The notes under the pieces: generated by a model
The model's input: only the letters and a program-made list of their open reading frames with translations
Databases searched by the model: none
Told to the model about the DNA's origin: nothing
Shown here: piece after piece, positions 25,286-37,416 of the stretch
How the letters are laid out: every line of letters starts with the position of its first letter
How positions within the stretch are numbered: the first letter of the stretch is position 1
Assembly: GCA_040437565.1 (NCBI GenBank)
Contig: JBDOQK010000044.1
Coordinates: 248,001-305,327 of the forward strand
DNA: 57,327 nucleotides
Reading direction: 5' to 3'
From: Albugo candida
Taxonomy: Eukaryota
Program-made: the position numbers and the translations under genes

Positions 25286-28200
25286 TGAGCTTGAGAATTT
25301 TGTTTGGCTTGCTTTTAACACCTTGAGGTGGATAGATGAACACATCTTCTTCCAGATAACCGTTAAGAAAGGCCGTATCAGCATCATACTGATGAATGAT
25401 AAGCCCTTGATGGCAGCAAATTGCCAAGAAAATAAAAATTGAGTTTAAAATTCGCGTCCGGAGGGTACGTATTTGTGTAGTCAACACCATAAGTTTGTCG
25501 ATATCCGAGTGCCACCAATCTTGCCTTATACCGCTCATCGTCTTCGTTCGTTTAATTGTAGATACCCATTTGGCTCCGATAGCCTTTTTGTCTGGCTTTT
25601 TCGTTTCGACTTTCCACGTTTACTTTTCTTTCAGTGCTAGAAGCTCGTCCTGGATTGCACTATACCATAATTTCGATTTAGATGACTCCAGGACCTCTTG
25701 ATAGGATGATGCAGTTTCTATCTCTGCATTCCCTTGTTCGTATTCGATGCGATATCTTTTGGATGGACGTGTCATGGTGTCAGAATTTGTTACTGGAACG
25801 ATTGAAGTAGATTCTTCCACTGGTACTACTGCTTGCGACGATTGGTTTGGTGGAAGTGCCTGAGAGACATCGTACCCAATTTGAGGGTTTCCAGAAACCG
25901 GGTAGCTTTCGAAATTATCTAGTCTCCCCCTGGGCACAATGGCCTGAATGGTGTTAAAATTGTCTTCCGCGGAATCCATATCGACGTTGGGAGATGTCTG
26001 GTAAGCATTCAAAGATCGCTGCCCTGATTCGAATGTCTCGTCAACTCTTCGTTCGCATTTGTTGACGCTTTAGTCGGATCTACATCCATGCTCTCGACAT
26101 GCGGAATTGTCCTGATCACTATTTGTTCGCTTACTATGTCACACTGAGAATCATTTCGATTATGTCCGGATGATTTATCTCCAATAATAAGCTGAACATA
26201 TTTTTTCTCGGCTAATTCTTGAAATTGCGCTCAACCAGTAATCTCAATATTTTGCGACTCAATACGCGGAATCCTTTCATTTTTTCCGAACATCCGAGGA
26301 GCATACATTTGAGCGCCTTCTTATCCAACTTCATCCGTCTTGATTTCTCAATCTGAGCAAAACCTCGGGCACCAAATACGCGTAAATAAGTAAGACTTGG
26401 ATTGATCCAAAACACATCTCGTATGGTGTTTTCTATGGGTAAGCGACACACAAAACTCAATTTGTGACGTAAACTGCGGTATTCATGGCTTCAGCCCACC
26501 CCTTCTTCTCTACTTGCATCTGATTCATCATGGATCTTGCACGTTCCGTAATGGTTCGATTCATTGGTTCATCCAGTCCATTTTGCTGTGGCGAATACGG
26601 AACTGTTGTTTGGTGTATAATACCGGCACTTTTACAAATGTTCGCAAATCGATGTTGGGAGATTCGCCTCCATGGTCGGTTCGAATACACTTGATTTTCG
26701 AATTCAATTGGATTTTCCATCATTGCTTTCAAATGGAGAAGCCGATCGATCACTTCAGATTTGTGTCGAATGAAAGATGACACAACATATCTAGAGTAAT
26801 CATCAATGAAATTTACCATAAATCTTTCTCCACCTTGAGACTTCGTTTCCATTGGTCCCCTTACGTCACTTTGTATAAGTTAAAGAACGGACTTGCTTTT
26901 TACTTGACCATAGCGTGACTTTGGGATCGGTTGCACAAAAGATTTCCCATTGATACGTCCCTCACAGGCGACTTCTTCGATTTTTTCTCGTTTTGACATC
27001 GATCTCATCTTAAAACCATCAACACAGTGCTGTTAAGCTTCAATTTTCTTGGTAGGTAAATGTCTGAATCGGGCATGCCATACACAAGAACTTGATAATT
27101 GTTGATCATGTATCTCTTTACCGGAAGTGCTTACAAGTTCTCATTCAGTTATAGCACACTCCATCACATAAAGCTTCCACCTTTTTGTGACTTAAGTTAC
27201 AACTCGTTCATTGTCTCTGATTTCGCATATTCTTCTTGCAAAAGAGACATCAAGTCCTTTTTCTGCTAATGCTGGGCTATATAGCAATCGGCGATCCAAA
27301 TCTCGTACATATAATTCATTTTCAATCCGAATTGGACTTTTGTTTTTCAGAATAACTGGAAGTGTACCAATGCCTCCTGCTGAAACTTTGTTTCCATTGA
27401 CAATAGAGACATACGTATAGTTTTTGAGTGATCCGAGTTCACCGAACTCTTCTTTGAATGGGCACACATGGCTGCTTACTCCACTATCGAGCAGCCAACC
27501 TTCAGCCATCCATGCACACACTGTGAATGCTTGTTCATTGTACTGTTTCTTTTGTTTACCATTCTTCCAACAGTCTGCCTTTTTATGTCCACTTTTGTTA
27601 CATTAAGAGATTTTCTTGCGTCGAATCTTTCCGACTTCTTCTCCTGTCTCTTTTTTCCACCAATAGTGCATACTCCCGATGTAGCACTTCTTTTGCTTGA
27701 AGAAAATCGAAAAATCGATCCCTTGGACATTTTCGACAATTTTGATTATGGGATCGTACTCATCCGAGAGACTCCCAAACAATATTACAAATTGCTCATC
27801 CACATTAATCACATCCCCACAAGCTTGCATCGAAAGACATAATTCATTAAATTTCATAAAATGTTTCATAATATTTTGACTCTTTTCCATTCGGAAGTTT
27901 ATGAAGTCTTCGCCGGTTTCGTATCCTGTTGTGTATACTATCTCCAAGGTAGAAATTCTTTAGAATCTCCCATAAATGAGAGGTTGTACGAGCACCTATG
28001 ACCATTGCCTGAACTCTCGCGCTGATCGACATTGAGATGATCGCGAAGGCTTTGAGGTCGTTGACTTTCCAGACTGCCAAAGCTACGGGATCTTCGCTGA
28101 GTGACTCCTACTTGTCAATATGGCTCAGCAGACCCTACTTCATCAGCTTCATACGCGTATTGAGCTCACATATGGAGTAATTGTCCTCACCAAGGAGTTC

Positions 28201-28345
28201 GTCGACCGCGTTCTGAGTACCTGAGCTCATAACCTTTTCAGCAGTTTAGATGAAAACTTGAAAAGTAAGATATATTAAATGTAGGAGTTCCTTAATTCAA
28301 TTTACTAGATAGTCTAAGCCTTCTCGTACTAGACGCCCACAGCCA

Positions 28346-31300
28346 ATTATTGCGCAAGTGATATTCACACCGTACTTTAAAAGAGCAAATCATCAAATCC
28401 CTCTTCACACCCACTCCCCGGATTTTTTACAGCCTTCCGACCCCCTTTACCAACTTTTCCCAGCCCTTCAATCCCAGAAGCCCGTCTTTACAAGCTTTTC
28501 GTCTTCGGAAGCGTTCGACGTCAGCTTTTTTAGCCTTTCCTTCTTTGGAAGAATTCGACGCCGGTTTTTATCCGCCTTTCCTCCTTCAAGAACAGTATCA
28601 GCCCACTTCCCCAGCCATACTTTTTCTAGTAAAGACACAAGTTCATCTTTCCCAGCCTTTTCTTCCTCAATAGAAGACCAAGCTCGCTTTTACCAGCTTT
28701 TCCCTTATGAAGAACAGAACAGCGCCAACTTCTACCAGCCTTTCCTTCTCATCAGCCCGTTTTTATCAGCCTTTCTCGTCAAAGCAGCAGTCTGGTTTTA
28801 TTAGCCTTTCCTTCTTTGTACACAGCAGAGACCCGGCTTCTTAGCCTTTCCTTCTTTCCAGCAGGCAACTTCAGCCTTTACAGGCCTTTACTTCTTCGGA
28901 AGCAGTAAAAGACCACCCTTATGGCTTCGACCAAACCGTAGTCTAATCTCGACACATCATGGCGCAACAAATTCCGGAAAAAACACCCCCACAGAGTCCG
29001 TTATGTCCAAAATGAAGACGTGTTTCAATAGATTGAAGATGCCGTAGCATCTAATGCTTCATCCTCGACATTGAAATTGATGGCTTTACGTGAAGTACAA
29101 AAATCTCGCATCGATCCATGCGACAAGCTCGAAATGTTTATTCCGGCCCCAAGACTAAAGGCAACAATGAGATCCTACTCTCTCTACACCTCGAGGCACA
29201 AACGGCCACTTGGACTATGGCCTTGGACTCTTTGTGTGACTTTGTCAGCATCAAAGACAGAGAAATCAAAAACCTTGGCGGAACTGCAGTGCAATGTATG
29301 GGAAAACAGTTTGTGGTTCAACCATACCGTCGCTTTGGTGACTGGTACTTTGTTGAGTTCGACAAAGTACCAATGGGTCTGCCAGACGACTCCATCGTGA
29401 AACACCTTCTTCCATTAGGCATTCCCTTTATGGTGACCCCGAGCACCACGCCTGGCCATATCGAATCAAGGGATCGGATAGTTTGGTTCCNNNNNNNNNN
29501 NNNNNNNNNNNNNNNNNNNNNNNNNNNNNNNNNNNNNNNNNNNNNNNNNNNNNNNNNNNNNNNNNNNNNNNNNNNNNNNNNNNNNNNNNNCCCATTGTAC
29601 TCCTGTGAGCCGATCGCCCGTATGTTGGAGGAACCATGCCTCCACAAAGACCTGAAGAAACGGCTCTCCAACGGTGCCCGTCGAAAGCACATCAAGGATA
29701 CCCAAGTCCCCTTTATGGCACAACCTTTCATTGTAGCTCTTATTTTCTTGGCTCCCATTATCGAAAATCATGCAATGTTCATGGACCATGCAATCCTAAG
29801 GCCTATCAGCTTCGCCCCAAAGAACACTCATGGAGACGCTTCCAGTTTGGTCAGTCGACTCCATCGTCACTATGGAGAAAACGTACCATCAGTAGACGTT
29901 GTCTTCGCTACGGAATTCCCTGAAGAAGAAACTCAAACACTTGCTTCGGCTCTGGCTATCTTCGACCTTTACCTCCGCTCCTATGGTGCGACCCTGTGTA
30001 TGGATCTCCTCAGCGTTGTGGCTTTAACCACAGAGCCTCAACCTTCGTTTATCCAGCAAAGTCTTTTTTTACTTTGCGAAGATAGCGTCCCTATGGTTTT
30101 AGCCGCATCAGAGCTGGGCACATATCTGCTTACGACCGCGCCAAAATTTGTGGGAGACGTGTCTAGTCTCCTTCACTTCACATATTCGTGCGCGGAAGAC
30201 AATTTGGCGCACTCAAGTACTTCTTCCGGCGTGGATCTCGCAGTACACTCCGACTTATTTGCCTCTACCTCGACATCTTCCCCTTGCCTCTAAGCAGCCT
30301 TGGTCCTTCTCCGGTCTTTCCCTCAATTTGAACGGACTAAATTATGTGAAACCGTCTTTTTATCGCAAACTTCTACCTCAACACCGCCTTATTTCCCTTG
30401 AAAAAACCCGCTTCAGTACTGAAGACAGCAAAGACCGCGAAACTTACCTCTTCAACACCGTGGATTCCGGCACTGCTACTTTTTACTCTCCTCTGAACAG
30501 TCCCCATGTCGTGGGCTGTAGTGGAGTGGCCTTAATCTTACCATCCAGTCACCCCTTTGGACCCTTGCTCGACATTACTTCCCAGTATATTCCTACCACC
30601 AATCAAAGCCGCTACCTCCTGATCGATAGCACATTGGATCAACGGCGGCTTTAAATTCATGCGTTTTATGCACCAGCACAACTAGAAGCAAGAGCTTTTT
30701 TCTTCGATTCTCTTCCAAGCGATATTCCGGACGGTATTCAGCACATATTCTTAAGGGACATTTATGTCCCCTTCGATCCTGTTCAGGATTCCTGCACATC
30801 ACTCTCATTCATCATCATCTGGCCTTGTTGATGCTTGGAGAGCAACGTTCCCCGACATATAGGAATTTACCGGCCCGAGACGCCGAAATCGCATTGACTA
30901 CTGCCTCTTATCGTCCGATCTCTTTACCAACAACTAAGGTCATATCAAACATGACCCGGATACTCAATGTCATCTGGCGGATCACTTGCCTGTCATTTTT
31001 CGATTACAACATGCTGCCCACCCCGTTTGCTCACGCCTAACTTGGAAATGCCCTACTTGGCTTTCAAAGGTGCCTTACGTCCAAGACGTCCTAAAGACTC
31101 GACTTTCGCATCTAGTGAATCGACTTCGCTTTGAAGAACAGGACAACTCTGGCTCTCTATTCGACGAGCACAAGCGTTCAAACCTGCTTTTTCTTCGGCA
31201 TCAATTCCAAGCAATCAAGACTCACCAGCAACTCCAGCTTACACAGTTACGGGTGACTACCACACTGCCGCCCAACTTGCAGATCATGTTACTACGATTT

Positions 31301-34300
31301 CCAACACAGATCACGCACAGCTTCTTCGCACGGAACTTAACGAGGAAGAAACCAGGCGCAAAACACTTGGTTCCTGGCATCATTTCAACAATACAATCAG
31401 ATACAGTGAAAAAGCTACCAAATTATTTCTCCGACCCCTACTCCAGGTTTACGCCAAGTATGCATTCCATCCACTTAACGCATCGACGGATCTCAAGCCA
31501 CTTCCCCTGGCTGTAACGGAGGCGATTCATCGTAATTACTAAGCACAAATCTTTCAATCATCTTTAAAGGAATAGCTCTCCAGTGTTCATTACTGCAGAC
31601 ATGACTCAGTTCAGCTAAGCTCATTCCTCCAGCATACCATACAAACCCTTACCGATCACGATCGCGCAGTTCTCGATGCACCTTTTACGGCGAACGACTT
31701 TTACCGGTCAATCAAGACGTCACTTCGAAGCAAAGCTTCCGGATATGATGGCCTTCCAGTCGAATATTATCAACTTACAATATCGACTTGGGAACGGTTC
31801 TTTGAGTTAGTTTACCCCGCACAACTATCCAAAGGACGAATGACCAAGTTCCAACGAAGAGCTACAGTTACACCTATATATAAGAAGGATGACAGAAGCC
31901 TTCAAAGTAACTACCGACCTATTACTCTCCTCAATCATGACTCAAAGCTCGGTCCCAAGATTCTTACTTACCGCCTTCGCAAAGTCCTACCGAAGCTACT
32001 CCACACCGATCAAAGTGGCTTTGTTCAAGGAAGATCAATTCGACATACACTAGTGCGGTTTCAGGACATCCAACAACTCTGCCAGCAACGATTTTCCAAT
32101 GCTGGTGCTATCTTATTGGACTTCGCCAAGGCTTTTGACAGTGTGTTGTGGCCTACTCTTCACACTGTCTTAAACCATTATGACTTTGGAGCTACCTTTC
32201 GTTCATGGATCAAGAACTTTTACCACGATAACCTTATCGCTATAATAGTGAATGGTCGTGCAAGCAAGTTCTTTCAATTTGGAAGCGGATTTCTCAAGGT
32301 GATCCCCTTTCACCTTCGCTTTTTGTGCTCTTCCTGGAACCCTATATGGATTATCTCCGCGCAACGGCAGGTCACCTTGGCATACCCGTCCAACCTTCAT
32401 CAGTGCCTCAACACCTTGCAGCATTCGCGGACGATTGCATCGGTTTTCTCAAAGATTTCCGAGACACACCTCGCTTTATGGCCAAGGTCAAGGATTGTGC
32501 ACAAGCTACTGGTCTCCAACTCAATGCATCCAAAACTCAGTTATTTGGCTTTCAAGTACCTTCTCCGGATTCAGTGGATTCCTTGGCATTATTGCCTTGT
32601 CCTTTTTCTGCAGTGGTCCCCAAAGTCACGTTTCTTGGCGTGGAACAATACCAAAATCTCAACATAACTCAACGCTTCCCTTCCGTTCTCACCAAACTTC
32701 AAGCTCGACTTGTAGAATGGAGATTTCGAGGCAGGATACTGCATGGCCGCGCAGTGATCTTACGATCTATTGATTTACCTATTCTCTGGTACCCTTCGGC
32801 AGTTACGCCTCTTCCATCACATATTATCGAGTCGGTATGGAAGCTGTGCAAAGCCTTCCTATATCAACGGCCCATTGCTCTCAACAGTGAAATCAAGAGC
32901 TCGATGCATTCTAACAAAATTACGTTACCAGCAGCATGCGGTGATTTAGGCCTACCTTGTATCCGAGGTTTCTCCAAGCAATGCATCTTTTCCTCCTTAA
33001 AGACGGCATCGAGGCTTGTTCAGCCTGTAATCCCCCCTCCTGGTTCCTACCAGCGATTCTGTTAATGACGGAATCATTTGGTGGTACCAGTGCTGGTTTG
33101 GACTTACTCTATTCTCCCATCCATCTCTCAGCTATACCGCAATCTCGCTGGGCGTACCTTGGTCCCCTATGGTATTCAACCTTTTAACAATGGTATCGTC
33201 TCCTCCAAGGACCTTCCAACACTACTACCCATACTACCGATGCATTACAATCACCTTTATGGCGCCACTACCAGCGCGTGTTTGAACCGAAACAGCGCCC
33301 TATGGAACAAGCAAGTATACGTACTCGACTGCGTTATCAGCATGGATACCAAAATCTTTCCGACTTTATCGGTCACTTCGGTTCCCTGCCACTCACAAAG
33401 TTCTCAAAGCAGTCCTTCCCGTTACAGCTTTTCAGCGGAAAAGGGATTACATGGCCACACTCAACCTTTTCATCAAGTACTTTGAAACACTCTCCAGAGG
33501 CATCCCCACAGTACATGGTCCATTACTCCCTCAGCATATCGCTGCAGCATTTCATCAATGGTCTTTTGAAGACACATCTTTTCCTCGCGTTGGCAACCGA
33601 AGACACTATCACATGCTGCACCAACTACCGAAAATAGTGGTGCCTCCTGATAAAGCCTAGGAAGCAACACCGCCAACACAGTGGAATACTATGTGGAAGC
33701 GTGAACGGGCCCTCAATAAGGATGTGTTTCCAGTGTTTGCTGACCTTAAGTTCCGCCTCCAACACAATGGCTTAGGTCTCCGCGTCAGATATCGATACCA
33801 TACCTGTGATGTCCTTTGCTCCCATGGTTGTACTTCCCCCGAAACGGCCAAACACTTGTTCTGGGAGTATTCCATGGCTACAAATTTATGGTTTCATTCT
33901 CACTTTTCCATATTTGGCTGTCTAGAAGGCATCCTCACGTGGGAAACCGTAGTCTACGGCACCAACTTTGCCATTACAGCATCAGCTACCAGGACTTATG
34001 GTACTCACAATATCATTCGCGTCCTTGACGTTTTCCGTTGTATCATACTATAAACATTATGGCTTGCGCGCAATGCAGCTAACTTTCAGCACCAGGAAGC
34101 ATGCCCTGCGCAACTTTATCGTTTGGCACGTTGCTACCTCCGGGCTCATATTTGGCGCTTGAAGCACCTATCACCTACAAACGCTCAACTTATGGCCTTA
34201 TGTGACGTTTGTCTATAACGACATTTCACAAAGTCCGTTCATTACTGCGTTCCTCCTATGCATTGTCTACGCTCAACTCCTGACTTGATGGATTTAGCTT

Positions 34301-34714
34301 CAACGCTTTTTTCCATCACGACATACTATGGTACGAAATTACTTCCTACTTCCCTACAATTTGGACTTCTGCGGCACTTGGCCTTCCCAACTTTCATCAA
34401 GTCTTTCCATCCTTGCTTACATCACTACCAACTTACACGCTCAAACTTTGGCCTTCAGCGAAGCATATCTTCGATCATACCTCACTGTGGCCTTTTCATC
34501 GTTGCGGCACATTCTATGCCACTTCGTCTCATCAACTTTGAGATCCTCAAACTTGGATTGACTCTGTGACCCACTCTACTGTTCTCCCTTGTCATAAGAG
34601 ACAACTGTATGCGTCAGTAAGAGCTCCAGCATACAAGTATGTTGGAGCTATAAACTTCATAACCTTAGTTGTTACAACTTAGTTAGATTTAAACAGTGTA
34701 ATGAGATTTGACAA
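28346..34714 (+). mobile_element. Apparently full-length L1/Tx1-like LINE (ORF1 ~28960-30293; ORF2 APE-RT-zinc finger ~30300-34220), inactivated by frameshifts and stops
   Basis: APE: SLNLNGL, GCSGVALI, HAFYAP. RT: YRPITLLNHD, DQSGFVQGRS, LDFAKAFDSV, QGDPLSP, AFADD. Zinc finger CSHGCTSPETAKHLFW. Perfect 18-bp TSD ACTAGACGCCCACAGCCA at 28328-28345 and 34715-34732. Confidence 0.93.
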
Positions 34715-34900
34715 ACTAGACGCCCACAGCCACTAATTTATTGCCCAATAGCTGAGAGTTGATTAGCCTGATGTGTTCCTCGCTGGTTCAGGGACATCAG
34801 CTTTAACAGAAAGCCGCTTGGAAGAACTCAGTGACCAATACCGATCAGTTCCAACGAATAATTAACGAGCCAATGCTGATTCCATGTTAGGACCAAGTGA

Positions 34901-36697
34901 ATGCTGATCAGATTCAGATCTGATACGAATCTCTCGAATAAAGCGCTGTTCGTAACCGCTGGCCTTTCGTACATGCTTTCAAAATGCACACATGCGATCG
35001 GCACAAAACTCGCTACCTTCTGTAGTGATAAAAGAGCATATAAACCCTCAAATGGTCTCTGTTTGCGCTCTTTAGCAACAAATGTACCACGATTTGGAAG
35101 TATTCGAAAAGAATGGCACGCTTATATGGAGAAATTACATGATTATCCGCTATTACAACACATAGCTACAAATGTCGCGACATATTTCACAGAATCAAAC
35201 GAAATTGATCTTCATTTCCCACGCGACTTTCACGAACACTATCAGCTTGATGTGGTTCTTGGAGAGGGTGCATTTGGTTCTGTCTTCCGTGTCATCCCAA
35301 AGCTTTCTCAAAAAAGTGTATTTGCCGATTTGGAACTCGATTTAGCGGTCAAAATCATTCCAAAGAAGCGCATCATTCATTTCAAAGATTATGTGACGTT
35401 ACACCAAGAAGTACATATGATGGCATTACTAAGTGGTACACTCAATGTAGTCCACTTGTTCGGTGCCTACGAGGACAATAATGCGGTGTATTTGGTGTTG
35501 GAACACTGTTTAGGTGGTGATGTGGCTTCAGTGTTGAAAAGATCGGACGCTGATGGATGTAATTTGCCAACTGAAGCGCAAATCGCTACTTTTATGAGTG
35601 ATATATTACATGTTGTTTGGCAGTGTCACCTGCTGGAAATTTTGCATGGTGACTTGAAATTAGATAATTTTCTTTTTGCCACACCGTTTATTTCCGATGC
35701 AAAATATTTTCCGTTCCTCAAATTGACAGATTTTGGTGGCGCTTGTTTTCTTAGAAACGGCGAAACGCGTTACGGACTACGAGGTACACCGTTGTATACG
35801 GCTCCTGAGGTACTGACTTCTGCGTATTCACTTCCGGCGGATTTATGGAGTTGCGGAATTATCTTACATTGGTTACTTTCTGGTCATTACCCATTTACAG
35901 GACCTTTGATAGATGATGCAATTGTGCACCAAGAATTAGATCTGACGACAGAAATATTGTCAATTCGATCGACAGAAGCGAAGGACTTGCTTTGCCGGCT
36001 GCTTGAGAAAGATCCTAACAAGCGGATGACGGCGTTAGAAGCTCTCCATCATCCATGGCTTGCAAAACATAAAATTTTACATAAGAATGAAGGCGTGTCA
36101 TCTCTTAATGGTACAATGGTACAGCGTCTGCAATTCTATCGATCACTTAATCGGCTGCAGCAAGCTGTTCTTTTGGAATTGTCTCACTTTGTACCAATTG
36201 AATTGCGAGAGGACGTAGTTGTCCTATTCACCGAGTACGCCACTACGAGAACACTGGAAGCCCAGATCGGGATTCGTGAACTTGTATACTGTTTTGAACA
36301 AAGTGGGTATACCCTCACGCTTGGTGAGGTAAAAGCATGTTTGAATCGACTCGATTTGAATAGTGACGGTTACCTTTCACTGGACGAATTTTGCACGGCA
36401 TTTCTTGATTGGGCTCTTATACAGCAGCACGAACCAACGCAGTGGAAAAGTTTAGTCAACCAAGTATACACAAAACTAGACCGGGATTCAGATGCATGTC
36501 TTTCTTTGTCGGATCTCGCGGGATTGCATCCGTTCACACTATCGAATCAACGCGATCATTCAGATTTGAGACGCTGCTTTCAAGCCGTTGATACCGAAAG
36601 GAAAGGGTGGATTACATTACAACAGTTTGAAAGTCTATTGCATGTGCACAACGACAACTTGCATCATTATCCAAGTCGTGTAGTGCAAAGCGTATAG
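34901..36697 (+). CDS. Calcium-dependent protein kinase-like protein (kinase, junction, EF-hands); true start may be 34973 or 35126
   Basis: LGEGAFG, AVKII, HGDLKLDN, DFG, GTPLYTAPE, DLWSCG; junction MVQRLQFYRSLNRLQQAVL; EF loops DLNSDGYLSLDE, DRDSDACLSLSD, DTERKGWITLQQ. Confidence 0.92.
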   Translation: MLIRFRSDTNLSNKALFVTAGLSYMLSKCTHAIGTKLATFCSDKRAYKPSNGLCLRSLATNVPRFGSIRKEWHAYMEKLHDYPLLQHIATNVATYFTESNEIDLHFPRDFHEHYQLDVVLGEGAFGSVFRVIPKLSQKSVFADLELDLAVKIIPKKRIIHFKDYVTLHQEVHMMALLSGTLNVVHLFGAYEDNNAVYLVLEHCLGGDVASVLKRSDADGCNLPTEAQIATFMSDILHVVWQCHLLEILHGDLKLDNFLFATPFISDAKYFPFLKLTDFGGACFLRNGETRYGLRGTPLYTAPEVLTSAYSLPADLWSCGIILHWLLSGHYPFTGPLIDDAIVHQELDLTTEILSIRSTEAKDLLCRLLEKDPNKRMTALEALHHPWLAKHKILHKNEGVSSLNGTMVQRLQFYRSLNRLQQAVLLELSHFVPIELREDVVVLFTEYATTRTLEAQIGIRELVYCFEQSGYTLTLGEVKACLNRLDLNSDGYLSLDEFCTAFLDWALIQQHEPTQWKSLVNQVYTKLDRDSDACLSLSDLAGLHPFTLSNQRDHSDLRRCFQAVDTERKGWITLQQFESLLHVHNDNLHHYPSRVVQSV

Positions 36698-37416
36698 TTT
36701 AGCTATATCTATACCGCGTGTATACAGACGGAACAACACGTAAATGAAGGACTACGGGATCGTTATACTCGCAATTTTTATATTAAAATTTGTCAAGTGC
36801 ACATAGTTTCATGTAAATATAGAGAAACACATATTGCTTGTAACCGCCGACTGATCGTTAATGTGTCGTACCGTCGCGGCAGAGATGTAAGATATTAACT
36901 CAAAGGCAGCCAATAAGCTGTAGTGAGTTCATTCAACGGTCGTGACAGATCGTTTACGCGTATAGCAAAAAAAAAACACGGTTCATTGTGATATAAAGTA
37001 AGATCCTTTCGACGAAATGGTATTGAGTTGCGACACGCAATAGGATTTTATTGCACAACGAGCTGTGTTCTCCCCTATCCGTTCCCATTCTAGTATACGC
37101 TGAGAATTAATCTTACCAAGCCTCAAATAGTTTTCGTTTTTTTGTTGCACCTACTAGCCCTGCATCCGTACCAAGTATTCATTTTCACAGCGTTTCACTA
37201 TCCCCATTTCCACAATCCAAAAGCATCAAACACCAAAACTTGATATTTACTTCCGGGTGGTACCAAAACGATACCAATACTGCTTTGTTGAACATTTTTT
37301 CTATTCCGCACGATAAATTTCGAGTGTTTCCTTTCCTTCCTTTAAATAGGCTTTGAGTTCCATTCGAACAGATAAAAGAAACTCACACACTTCAAACAAG
37401 TAAACCGCTTCATAAA

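Larger units (their letters stand above)
23211..34808 (-). mobile_element. Full-length but decayed Ty1/copia LTR retrotransposon with two nested insertions
   Basis: 5' LTR split into 34715-34808 and 28235-28345. PBS GGTTATGAGCTCAG 28221-28234; gag; zinc knuckle; protease WLLDSG; integrase FIDDYSRY and PYSPQQNG; RT DTAFLNG and YVDDML; RNase H STAEAE and EDNQSA. PPT GGGGGAG 23398-23404; 3' LTR 23211-23397. Flanks AAAAG/GAAAG are a probable 5-bp TSD with one change. Confidence 0.92.

Noticed and set aside
28358-28804. 148-aa Phe/Ser/Pro-rich ORF
   Set aside because: By-product of the pyrimidine-rich repetitive LINE 5' UTR; non-ATG start.
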